Origin: Octopus sinensis | Lineage: Eukaryota | DNA length: 64,000 nucleotides | Assembly (NCBI RefSeq): GCF_006345805.1 | Contig: NC_043006.1 | Span: 8,742,001-8,806,000 of the forward strand | Reading direction: 5' to 3' | In this document: positions 1 to 12,009 of the stretch, one piece after another | Layout: every line of letters starts with the position of its first letter | Numbering within the stretch: position 1 is the stretch's first letter | Made by a program: the position numbers and the translations under genes | The notes under the pieces: model-generated | Seen by the model: the letters and a program-made list of their open reading frames with translations, nothing else | Told to the model about the DNA's origin: nothing | Database searches by the model: none

Positions 1-730
1 TTGTGAGAACGCACAGATACCGTAAAGAAAAAAAGATGTGCACACACGACAAAAGTTTGAAATACACTGAAGTCCATTTTTCTGCATGTGTGGCAAAACT
101 GAATTTACTCACATGGGTGAACAAAAATGATAGATAACTAAATTATTTTTCTGGGATAACATACAAGAATCGTAACAACAAAGATCTTTACGCATGACTA
201 ATTTAAATACAAGGAAGTAAACTTGTAGACAGAACTTACAAACCTCGTATAGAGCAGTAGAAGACAATACATTGAATAGAAAAACCTGAGCCGCTTTAGG
301 ATAGATTTTTCTAACGCACAACCGCTCAATGGCGTGGATAAAATCTCATTGATTAGTGATGAGGGCTTATCGGCTTTATGTCGCCCGTAGCGGTCTTACG
401 TAAGCATGCACAACCGCAAGCACAACGTATTTCGATAGAAGGGGAGTTGTAAATAGTGTATCTAAATAGACGGAGTGCAAGAAATATAAAATAAGTAATG
501 TTGTACGGAGAACGTACAAATACCGTAAATACAAAAATATTTACGCACGACAAAATTGAAATATGCTGAAGTCAGTTGTTACGCAGATGTGGCAAAACCG
601 AATTTAAACACACTCGGTGAACAAAATTCAAAAGTAGCTAACTTAATTTTCAGGGAGAGCGTACAAAATCCGTAACAACAGAGATTTTTACGCAAGACTA
701 AGTGAAGCACAGGGATTTGTAGGCAGAAGT
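1..730. repeat. Diverged tandem/segmental repeat (about 230-bp unit at ~1-235 and ~503-730)
   Basis: gagaacg(c/t)aca(g/a)ataccgtaaa...cacgacaaaa...gtggcaaaac...ggtgaacaaaa...cgtaacaaca recurs about 500 bp apart. Confidence 0.7.
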
Positions 731-750
731 TAGTGTGTGAGTGAGCTTCA

Positions 751-789
<39 letters not shown>

Positions 790-1154
790 AGGGAGGGAGA
801 GATAGAAAGTGAACGGACTATTACGGATAGTGTGAAAGAATATGTGTAATAGAATGAGAGAATGAGAAGAAGAGATAGAAGAGAGAAATTAACACAGAGA
901 GAGAAATGGGAGGGAAGTGGTTGAAAACTGCAGATATCTTTAGAGAAAAACCCGTGTGAAACACCGTCTTTCCCGGTTTTTCGCTTTATGCTAGAGCTCT
1001 GGGCAAAATGTTATATCGAGTGATGATCCTTTGCACATAAGTAATGTGTTGTTAACTGTGATGAAAATCGGTTGAAAACTATAGAAATACACACCTACTA
1101 CATACACACACATCCTTTGTTTTATATATCTATATATATATATATAAACTGAAA

Positions 1155-1423
1155 GGAAACTGAAAGAAGCCCATCGTATATATTTATATATATATATATG
1201 TGTGTGTGTGTGTTCGTGTGTCTGTGTTTGTCCCCCTAGCATTGCTTGACAACCGATGCTGGTGTGTTTATGTCCCCGTTACTTAGCGGTTCGGCAAAAG
1301 AGACCGATAGAATAAGTACTGGGCTTACAAAAGAATAAGTCCTGGGGTCGAGTTGCTCGATTAAAGGCGGTGCTCCAGCATGGCCGCAGTGAAATGACTG
1401 AAACAAGTAAAAGAGTAAAAGAG
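1155..1423 (+). mobile_element. tRNA-derived SINE family 1, 3' two-thirds
   Basis: Near-identical to 45390-45615 and to the reverse complements of 7323-7620 and 28141-28420; ends in (AAAAGAGT)n. Confidence 0.9.
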
Positions 1424-1895
1424 TATATATAAATAACATATGTGTTTGTGTATGTGTGTGTATTTATTTGTCGATTCAAGTCCTCTGATCGCACAGAAGC
1501 ACCGTTGAAATATGCCCGTATTGTAATGAATATATTATATCGCGAAGCATCAATAATGTTAATTTGTGAGGTTCACTTTTCCTGAGTGTTATATCAAAAA
1601 TGAATGCTCTTCAAAGACGACGTTATTCCAGTTATATTTCACTTGTATTAGAGATGTGTATGTAAGCTAAATAAAGAAGGATATACATACGACAAACAAA
1701 AAAATACATATTCACAGACGAACTCCCATACACACTCATATTTATATATGTGTGTATATATATACACATTTTCTTTGTCGGTTCGGCAAAAGTGCCTGAG
1801 AGAATAAGTACTTGGCTTTAAAAAAAAGTTTTGATATTTAAAAAATATGGTCTACTAAAATCCTTCAGCTTGGTCACAGATAAATTACTGAAAAA

Positions 1896-1950
<55 letters not shown>

Positions 1951-2189
1951 TCTATCTATCTCCTTTGTCATAGAACCTCACCCCCCCAAAGAAAAACAAT
2001 ATTCCCTTCTTCTAAACAAAACACCCCCAAAACATCTGTTTTGTATAAATGAACAAGCTGTTTGTACATGCACATTATTAAATTTGACAAGTTCGAGAAA
2101 CGAACGAAAGCGCTAATAGTAATGAAGAAATAAAAGATTTTTTTCCCCAAATTTTGACGACTTTTTTTCTCAATATTCAATTTCTGTAC

Positions 2190-4455
2190 ACCACACCTAA
2201 CACTCTATTCATATCTCCTTAGTTGCACACGACGTCAGAATAAATGGATCACAATCAAACTGGCAGACGAGAACTTCTCTCAGAAATATCTAAGTTGAAT
2301 TTACTTGTCTCAAGACTTGAGACAATCTTCACCAATGCAGATAAAACTATGAATGATAACAATACACAATGTGCTCTATCAAAAGAGACGAACAACAAGA
2401 AAATAGCAATAATTGATATACAACAACAGAATCACTTGAAACCATAACTCTGGGAGAAACTTCTTATTCCACGGAAACATGCATATTGGAAAAGCATTCG
2501 ATGCAACAATATAGCCAACACCTAAGCAATGAAATCCCAATCCTACCCAAGTGAATCACTGGAAGAGACAATGATACGCGCGAATTTAGCTTTATGCCGA
2601 CTAGGAGCAGAAATCGCTTTTCTGCGATCACGAAAAATACGACACAAACAGAAAGTAAAAAAAATTGCCGCAGTTATGATTGCTGAAATCGCTGAGAAGA
2701 GTGACAATCAATGTTATGAAAACCTGCAAATACTATGGAAAGAAGAATCAAAACGGGAAGAAGAAAAATTCCTAAGAATGTGGGGAAAAGAACAAGAGTG
2801 GTTCAGTAATTATGAAAACAACTATGGAAAAAAATACATTATGAAAACGAAACCACAACAACAAAAAATACAAGGAAATCGAAAACAAACATAGACACCG
2901 ACCCCAGATAAACCGGACTAAGATATCGAACCTCTAATTACCCAAAACATACGCGGAAATGACCTCCATCTAATCCCAAGTACAGGCTAGAAGCCCATAT
3001 TCTACGATATATAACACTGCAAATAGTCAACACATGAAATATAGAAGACAACCAACTACCTGTAATTTCAAACACGATAGAGAGTTAAATACAAAAGAAA
3101 AAAGATATCAAAGAAAAATAACATACTGACAACCGCTAATCTGTAATAACATGTACCCTAGGTGGATACATGGGAAGAAAGACAAATATAATACGGACAG
3201 CACAGGTACTATAATATGAATAATAATCATCAAGATAATACAAGCAACCCTGGTTTTACAACCAAAAAACCCATATATCGTGAATGGCGAAAAAAGCATG
3301 GAAGATGGGAAGAAAACATAACTTATAACCAACGGGATTCATATAAAATACAAGTACCATCCACCCGCCTACATGGAGACCAGAACGCCGAGATCAGAAA
3401 ATGGGGACACGGTAACACAGAACATATAGACCCGAAGATTATAAATTTGTCAAATAGAAATCTGAACGAGAATGAGATGAATCTCCTATTAAAAGGCTTC
3501 GAGTTTACTCCGACACTCACCCCTCTTCTCATTCATCTAAAATCTGATATTGACCACATCAACCGCCACCTCCGACTAATAGAATTCTTCAGCAGCAAAG
3601 ATTTAAATGATGAATAAATAGTCAGAAATAAATCGCACTTCACCCACTAGAAGGGAAAGGACAAATATGTAGACGTGTGTACAGACACGATTTTAAAATT
3701 TCCTCTCAGTACGCACAGATGCAAACAAATCATTCGTGAAGAGAAAAGCAAGCCTTAGAAACACTGAAGAATGGCATCTGAATCGTCTTAAAAAAGCTAA
3801 GATAGGAACGATAGTAATCATGGACTAGGTCTATTATAAAGATAAAATACTGTAAATGTTAACAGACCATACCTACTACAAGGAAGAACCAAGACACTCA
3901 GAAAAATAATAAAGAATAACGTCGGAAGGCTAATCAATGAATTCCAAGATTCCTTCACAGACAAGGAGTAACATTAGATATGCAACTCTGCACTGAAACA
4001 GAGCAATTTCTACGGATTACTCAAAATCCACAAAATAACCAAAACACAATGTGTCCTAAATAAACAGCGTACCAATAAATAAACATTCTAAGACCTGCTG
4101 ATCTAAAACTAAGACCAATAGTTGCTGGACCTCAAGCACCAACGCAGCAACTAAGTCATTTCTTAGATATACTCCTAAAATCTGTGTGCCCTTTAATACC
4201 CCGTTATGTACGGGATGGCTTAAATTTCATCCAACCCATCCTTCCTACTGTCGCAGAAGGTACTAACGAGTTTTGATGTCACCAATCTCTAAACTAATAT
4301 AGTTCACACTATAGACTTAGAAGCAATCGAACACTGGGAAGAGTAACATAGAAAAGGGGTAAATGAACTCTTCAAGACTGACTTCACACGCTTGGTACTA
4401 GAAGAAAATACCTTTAGATTCGACAATAAAACTTATTGTCAGATAAAAGGGCACG
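2190..4455 (+). mobile_element. Degraded Penelope-like element: N-terminal ORF region and RT motifs, 3' part missing
   Basis: Frameshifted translations IINLSNRNLNENEMNLLLKGFEFTPT, FYGLLKIHK, LRPIVAGPQAPTQQLSHFLDILLK, FDVTNL*TNI and FRFDNKTYCQIKG are PLE RT motifs. Confidence 0.85.
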
Positions 4456-4585
4456 GCGATATTATTTCTTTCACAGAGAGTGAGAGAAAGAGTGGTAACT
4501 ATTTATAAAGATGTGTAAGTCTACAATGAGAAAAGCGAAAAATAAAGGGAGATTGACAAATAGAAAGAGAGAAAAGATAAAGAGG

Positions 4586-4617
<32 letters not shown>

Positions 4618-4969
4618 TATTTTTTTTGTTGCTATCATAGATTTTGAAATTTTATAATTAAGTGAAAGTTTTCAAAATTTACATATTTATGTACTTCACG
4701 CTGAATCCGATTTTGTAATCATTTCTACCCAATTCGAAAACACGATTCGGAAACTAGCAGTTTGGGCGAATCATAAGAATGAAAGTAAATTTTACAAGAC
4801 GAAGTTGTATAGAAAATGAAAGTAATTCGTGAGAGATAACAAATATACAGAGAGCAAGAGAGGGGAAAATAGAGAAAGAGAGAGGAGAGAGAGAATGATA
4901 AGAAATGGGTTAATTACATAGCAAGAGGGGGGGCGCAAAGCAGAGACAGCCTGGTGATGATCGAGAGAG

Positions 4970-5005
<36 letters not shown>

Positions 5006-5856
5006 ATGGGAGATTTGTCGATCTAAAAGTTCAGTTATTTCTCGTAGCAAATTACATTTTTGATTATTATTTATGGACAGCATTCTCTTTGGGACGAAGA
5101 TCTGAAAATCAAATTCGTTTTACTCGAGGACGCACAGTTTCAGAGCCATTCAAAAGTAAACTCACATACATAAGCATCTGAACTCTTACTTTTATACTAG
5201 ATATATATATATACACAGATATGTTCACCAAGTTTTGCAGATGCTAATGCACTTAGATTGAACGTCTAAAATATAATGAGAAATCAAAATAAATAACACA
5301 GAAAAGTGAGCAGCGACCCGGGTAAATCCCCAACGACTAGATATCAGACGGTTCTAAAATTTAAGATAAAGTAATTATCAAACATGTAAGCACCAATATT
5401 TAAACTTACTAACAAAATGTTAAGTATCTACAAATTCAGTGCTTTAGTTAGAAACATCCTAGATTAGTAAAAGCAACGTTTTTTTCTGGAGGTGATCGAA
5501 AGCAAATGCTACTAATAATAATATCTTTCATTACATCTTGTAAAATATAATTCTTGCAGTCTAAAAAATGGAAAAACATTGGTGAGATTATCTCCATATT
5601 TCTGAATGTTTCTAAATTACGATGTGTATACACTCAAACACATGCATGGACACATACACACACACATACAAACACACATATATATATATACATATACCCA
5701 GGTATCTGCGTATCTATATATACATGTTATAAATATGTATGCGTGTCAGTGAGTGTATTTTGGTACACACTACCTATAGATAGTATATCACTTCATGCTA
5801 TCGCTGTTGTCTATATTTGTACTACCTTCGTAAATGATGAAATAATATTTACTTAC

Positions 5857-6080
5857 CTACGAGAAACATAAAGACGGCCATCTTTTCTCATTCTCAAAAA
5901 AATATTGGGAACTGTAATATCATGCTGATAAGACTTCTTTCCATTCAAAAAGTATGTGTCTGGCTTCCATATATTGTGCAGAAATTTGTTATTTAACTGA
6001 AGTTCTGTAATGTTTTCTAGGTTGAATGCTAGTCGTTTATCATACCAAACTTGTCGATAGTAAAGCTGCATGGAGTATGA
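5857..6080 (-). CDS. Coding exon (224 nt, phase 0 to 2) of the same subunit, containing loops D, A and E
   Basis: Minus strand: ctatttccag|TCA TAC TCC ATG...CGT AG|gtaagt. Translates SYSMQLYYRQVWYDKRLAFNLENITELQLNNKFLHNIWKPDTYFLNGKKSYQHDITVPNIFLRMRKDGRLYVSR(R), with the WxPD motif and NGKKS. Confidence 0.97.
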
Positions 6081-6357
6081 CTGGAAATAGAAATAGTTTA
6101 CAATTATCTGTAACGTTACATATCCATCTCAATACCGGTATTTAGAGAAAATGTCATGTAATATCAACATCAGTTGCTGTAAGAAGGGGCTATATTATTA
6201 TATAAGAGGGTTTGTTTTAGATAAGAGTTACAAAACGGAGTAGAAAGGAGAAAATAATGTTGGGAAAATTTAAACCTCATATAATGGAAAACAAGTAAAA
6301 AGGTAATAACGTTGAAGTCAGACATGTTTGATCACATATGTTTCTTCGCTGTATATA

Positions 6358-6985
6358 TACGGGTGCGGGCTGGAAAAATTCATTGGTTGACTATGAAGGA
6401 CTAAAGGTAGAGCTGGGAAATCTTGGAAGCATTGATTTCAACTATTCTTAGTAATAACGTTATAGTTTTTTTTTTCCAGCTGAATGTTCAAGGAAGACTT
6501 GAAACGTAGCTAGTAGCGACTTCTATTTAAAATCGACACAATTTGGCATCGTGGTTTTACTTATAGGTGAACGGATTTGCCAACCAGGACATCCATTCAG
6601 AAATGATTCCTACGAAAAAAGGGGATGATGCTCCAGTTTTATCAACAGTGCAAATGTGGGCAACCGAATTTAGATAGGAAAGAGAGAGTCTTGAAGAAGA
6701 CCCAATGTCTAGGCGTCCTGCAATTTCCACCTTCGGATGAAACATTGATCGTGTCCAACGCAGTGTAATAAATGACAGACGATTGGCAATAAATAAAAAA
6801 ATCCGACGTTATTCGCACATAACGTGAGAAAGTTGAAAATATTCTGTACATTGAACTTTGCAATACCAAAGTTTGTCTCCATGGATGCCATCTCTTCTGA
6901 CACCCGATCAAAAGCGCACCCGGCTTATAACGTCACGGAATATTTGACATTATTTGAGGCATATCCAGCTTGACCACTTAAACGA
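6358..6985 (+). mobile_element. Mariner transposon relic, 5' half
   Basis: Degraded transposase EMIPTKKGDDAPVLSTVQMWATEFR*ERESLEEDPMSRRP...NIDRV...DRR, with stops and frameshifts. Confidence 0.85.
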
Positions 6986-7291
6986 TTTGAAAGTAAGTAC
7001 AGGTAATATAGTTGACATAAAAATTTCTTCTTGCTTGAATAATATATATTTCATTGATACCTCGCAACCTCCATGTAAAATTCATGATGTGTGCTTTCCA
7101 TATGTTTGAAATTATTACTACAGTTAGTTAAAATCTAAAATGTACGTTATTGTCGAAAATTATCATAAGAATGATTATATTTACATAAGAATGATTATAT
7201 TTAAAGGAAAAAACACAAACAAATTACACTATTTTGTGGTGGTCGTAGGCCCGGTTCTTTTCGTATATATATTCCTTGATGGACGGGAAGG

Positions 7292-7322
<31 letters not shown>

Positions 7323-7328
<6 letters not shown>

Positions 7329-7523
7329 ATGTTTCAGTTATTTGACTGCGGCCATGCTGGAGCTCCGCCTTTAGTCGAGCAACTCGACCCCGTGACTTAT
7401 TCTTTTTGTAAGCCCAGTACTTATTCTATCGGTCTATTTTTGTCGAACCGCTAAGTTACGGGGACGTAAACACACCAGCATCGGTTGTCAAGCAATGCTA
7501 GGGGAACAAACTCAGACACACAA

Positions 7524-7594
<71 letters not shown>

Positions 7595-7760
7595 TACGAC
7601 AGGCTTCTTTCAGTTTCCGTCTACCAAATCCACTCACAAGGCATTGGTCGGCCCGGGGCTATAGCAGAAGACACTTGCCCAAGATGCCATGCAGTGGGAT
7701 TGAACCCGGAACCATGTGGTTGGTTAGCAAGCTACTTACCACACAGCCACTCCTGCGCCT
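7323..7760 (-). mobile_element. tRNA-derived SINE family 1, full length
   Basis: Minus strand begins AGGCGCAGGAGTGGCTGTGTGG (A box), has GGTTCAATCCC (B box), a central (TA)n and the family 3' part. Confidence 0.92.
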
Positions 7761-7794
7761 GTTCAGAATTACTCTTTTTTTTCGAGTTGTGTGG

Positions 7795-7910
7795 ACAGGA
7801 GCAAAGTGGAATGAAGAGCTTTGCTCAAGAACACAACGCATTGCCCGGTCCGGTAATCGGGTCCATAATTTTACGATCCATTGAGCTATATACTCTAAAC
7901 CATCGTTGAA
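7795..7910 (-). mobile_element. Older tRNA-SINE head fragment
   Basis: Reverse complement contains ccgggcaatgcgttgtgttcttgagcaaag, resembling a SINE head/core. Confidence 0.45.
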
Positions 7911-8552
7911 ATGTTGACTGGGATAACATTCTTCCTTTTGGTAAGTGATGCCCCGCAAACAATTATTATCTTAATTTTAATGAAGACAGCGATAAGCTGC
8001 CATTAAAAAGTTTCGGCTATAATTTCCGATATGCTTGTTTTAATGTTCAGCAATTGTTTCTTTTGTACTGGTATTTAATTTACGTGTTTTGGATACATGC
8101 ACTACGAAAGTTTCACGAAAGCCATGTAACCAATGTCCGGACGCTTTGTAAGAGAATGATATCTTGGACATTTAAAATTTTTTATACTTAACGAATTAGT
8201 ATCTGCTGACAATTTTCGAAATATAAATACAAGGACTAGGACTAGAACTACGACTAGCGAACAGATCTGGAGTTAGTCCTTTAGTATTCACATAATGAAA
8301 TGTTTAATTGTTCATTTTGTATTGAGTTCATTATGCTGTATGTCATGCATGTGCGATTTTGAAAACCTGACAGTTTTTATTATAAAAATGGTATTGTAAG
8401 GAATGTCTGAGTGAGTTTGGAGCTAGTTGGATTGAACATAAAAGCGGTAGGATATTTCGGCCTGATATGACCGGTTTCAAGTGATAAGTTTGGCGCAACA
8501 GATAAATGGAGGACGGGACCTGAGTAATTTAGGAAAGTCTTCATCAGGCTGA

Positions 8553-8673
<121 letters not shown>

Positions 8674-9273
8674 CTTTGACTTTGACCGACCAGTCCGAAA
8701 AGCGTCCGTTTGACACCGCTGGTCACAGGACGCTGTCCACTTCTCTCTGGATCGCGCCTTTCTCATCCACGTGATCCCAATCGTCCTCTTGAAATCGTCA
8801 CTCAAAAAAAATATATATATATAACTCCTGAAGATATATATATATATAACATCAAAACAGATAATGTGGAGCTTTATTTTGCAGAGCCCTGACATTTCCA
8901 CAATATTTTAATTTGAACAAATATATTGCTTTGTGTATTATATATTGCAGACACTTTTTAATTAAATGAAGGCCTGGTATGACCTTTTAACATTTATACA
9001 AAACATAGTTATTTGGATTGCTTATTATTGAAAAATATGATAATTTCATAAATATTGCAATGATGCCTAGGAGCCTAGTATCTCTAAGTGAGAATATTGC
9101 ATGACAGTCGAATATCAGTCGGAGATATGTGATACTGAAATTGGATAAAAGAAAATGACTGACACGAACATTACTAAATTCCTACTTATATACATACATA
9201 AGCAAACACACGTAAATATATGCATAATCATTCATACACATATAGTAAATGGTATATATACACACACACAAAC

Positions 9274-9309
<36 letters not shown>

Positions 9310-9565
9310 CATATATTAATTTATATGTGTGTGTTTTGTACGGTATTTATGTACATATGTACTTATAGAAGGGGCCCAAAAATATGCCAGGCATTACTTA
9401 GATATACCGCATATTGTGACCATATTTATGTGCATATTTGTACCTATGATTATCAAACTATCGATGTATGTATGTAAGCGTGTATGTATATATCTCTCTC
9501 TATCTTTCTAACTCTATCTATCTAGCTAGCTACCTATGTCACTGTGTGTGTGGATATATATACGC

Positions 9566-9617
<52 letters not shown>

Positions 9618-9659
9618 GCATACATGTATGTAGGCGCATGAAGGCACCTGGCCTTATTG

Positions 9660-9965
9660 GTTGGTATTGTCGACTCACGATATTTCGTCGTGAGTTCAAT
9701 TCACAATAACGCATTCTGTCTTTGGGCAAGACACAGACACATTAATGTCACGTTGCTCCAGTTCTCTCAGCTGCCAAAAACGATTAATACCTGTATTTGA
9801 AATTGCCAGCCTTTTCACACCATGTGTCATGATGAATTTCCTTGAGAAGTGCGTTAAGTGTACATGTGTCCGTGGAACCCTCAACCACATGCATATAAAT
9901 TTAAAGAACAGGTTGTTCCGTTGATCGTATCAGCTGGGGCCCTCGTTGTCGTAAACGATGGAGTG
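9660..9965 (+). mobile_element. Older SINE-like element
   Basis: B-box-like gtgagttcaattc followed by ctttgggcaagaca core, as in the other SINEs here. Confidence 0.5.
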
Positions 9966-10083
9966 CTCTTATTCCACATGTAAGTATATATGTGTATGTG
10001 TGTGTGTAACTATATATGTACATATATATGTATATATATATATATATGTATATAACATATATATATGTATGCATGTATGTATA

Positions 10084-10124
<41 letters not shown>

Positions 10125-10154
10125 TGTACGTATATATATATATATATATATATA

Positions 10155-10897
10155 CAAAGAGCAATAAAGATTCAAGTTAATTTAAAAAATTTACTTGAAT
10201 ATGGTACCTAACTTAGATGCACCAAAAAAAACTATACTGATTTAACAATACAGTAATGTGGGGTGATTATAAGCGAGAAAGAAGCAACAAGAATGGATAG
10301 GTTTTTAGTACGATCGTTTCATACAAGGACAGGTTTTATTAAAAGTTGCAAAGATTACAGCATAAAACGAGTCCCGTACTATCAGCTAAAATACATGTAA
10401 GTTCTCTAGACATCCTAGTGTTTGAGGCTATACTCATGAAGTAATGTAGATAATTAAACAGATTTCTAAAGTTCATAAAGTTCTTTAAAGATGATGCATA
10501 GTCTTATCACAGAATTTTAAAAAAGTTTTGGTAGCATCACAGAGAAGGTGACCTAATCCATATGAATTTCCATAGAAATTCATATGGAAATTCTATGGAA
10601 ATTCATATGGATTAGGTCACCTTCTCTGTGATGCTACCAAAACTTTTTTAAAATTCTGTGATAAGACTATGCATCATCTTTAAAGAACTTTAATGAACTT
10701 TAGAAATCTGTTTAATTATCTACATTACTTCATGAGTATAGCCTCAAACACTAGGATGTCTAGAGAACTTACATGTATTTTAGCTGATGAGTACGGGACT
10801 CGTTTATATGCTGTAATCTTTGCAACTTTTAATAAAACCTGTCCTTGTATGAAACGATCGTATAAAAACCTATCCATTCTTGTTGCTTCTTTCTCGC
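10155..10897. mobile_element. Fold-back element A: ~118-bp tail plus 625-bp near-perfect palindrome (10273-10897), flanked by (TA)n; probable PLE pseudo-LTR
   Basis: Arms are reverse complements differing by about 4 single-base indels. The same family occurs at 62150-62425. It contains a hammerhead motif. Confidence 0.85.
10778..10868 (+). ncRNA. Type-I hammerhead ribozyme motif with extended helix II (mirror copy ~10304-10391 on minus)
   Basis: TTTTAG-CTGATGA-[GTACGGGAC...GTCCTTGTAT]-GAAAC-GATC-GTA-(C)TAAAA. The left arm and copy B retain the C that completes helix I (TTTTAG/CTAAAA). Confidence 0.72.
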
Positions 10898-10957
<60 letters not shown>

Positions 10958-12009
10958 GATGTGTGCATATATTTCTAGGTGTAATCACGCCATACAGCCT
11001 CACTCTCATAAAAAGAATTTTAGAGCTGCTATTATGGAATTTGCTACGTACGAAAAAATAAATAAAACGTGGAACCATTATAATATCAGTAAAAGTTATC
11101 CAAAAATAGATGTATTAAAGCCAGTATGACGGATATATTGTTTCCCACAGAGACAAGAAAAAAAAGTGAACAAATAAAAAAAAAAACGCTTGTGTTGCAA
11201 TGTAAGAAAAAAATGTAATTTCTTACGAGCGATATAAAACAGCAAGGTGAAATGCTGACTGAATTTAATTAAGATAATTGGAAAATGTCGGAAACCATCA
11301 TACCAAGTTTACATAAATTTGTAGATCCTTAGCCGAATCACACGTACCGACATGAAGGATTATTGAATGTTTAATGTATATGCATTCCCCCAGCTCTATT
11401 AATCATGTTTTTCCCAGCTTTTATAACATTACCAAGTAACTTCGGGCGTTTTTTTATGATTTTAAAGTTAGCGAACGAATTTGGTTTTCTCTTATATTTA
11501 ATCAATGGATATTTTAATACGTTTATATGCATATGTATTTATATATGTATATACATACACACAAACACATATATACATACGTACATACATAGATACATAA
11601 ATGCATTCATATGTACAAACATAGACACAAACATATACACATACATATACACATATCTATATATTTTGTCAGTTGGCTCGTATATGCTACTGGTAACATG
11701 GAACCCATTACAACCTGCTGCATGGTCGGGACGTCGGCGACAAACCCGGCAGCCACCAAGCTTACTTGGTGAGAAGGGTGACTTCTGGATACCCTGCGGC
11801 ATAAAAACAAGTCCCGTCAAAAGACGGAAGAACTCAGAAGACTCAACGGCTAAATATTTCATATTTTTATTTGTATTATGTATATATATATATATATATC
11901 TATATTTTTTATCTTGTTCAGTGTATATGATCGTGTGTATTCATTATTATTAACTCTGTGGCTGTTAATGTGTATTTGTGTGTGTGTGTCGGTGTGAGCG
12001 CATGTAAAA

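Noticed and set aside
10155-10897. Palindrome read as a CRISPR, phage telomere or DNA-transposon terminal repeat
   Set aside because: No repeat-spacer array or prokaryotic genes. The asymmetric tail, hammerhead and TA flanks fit a PLE pseudo-LTR better.
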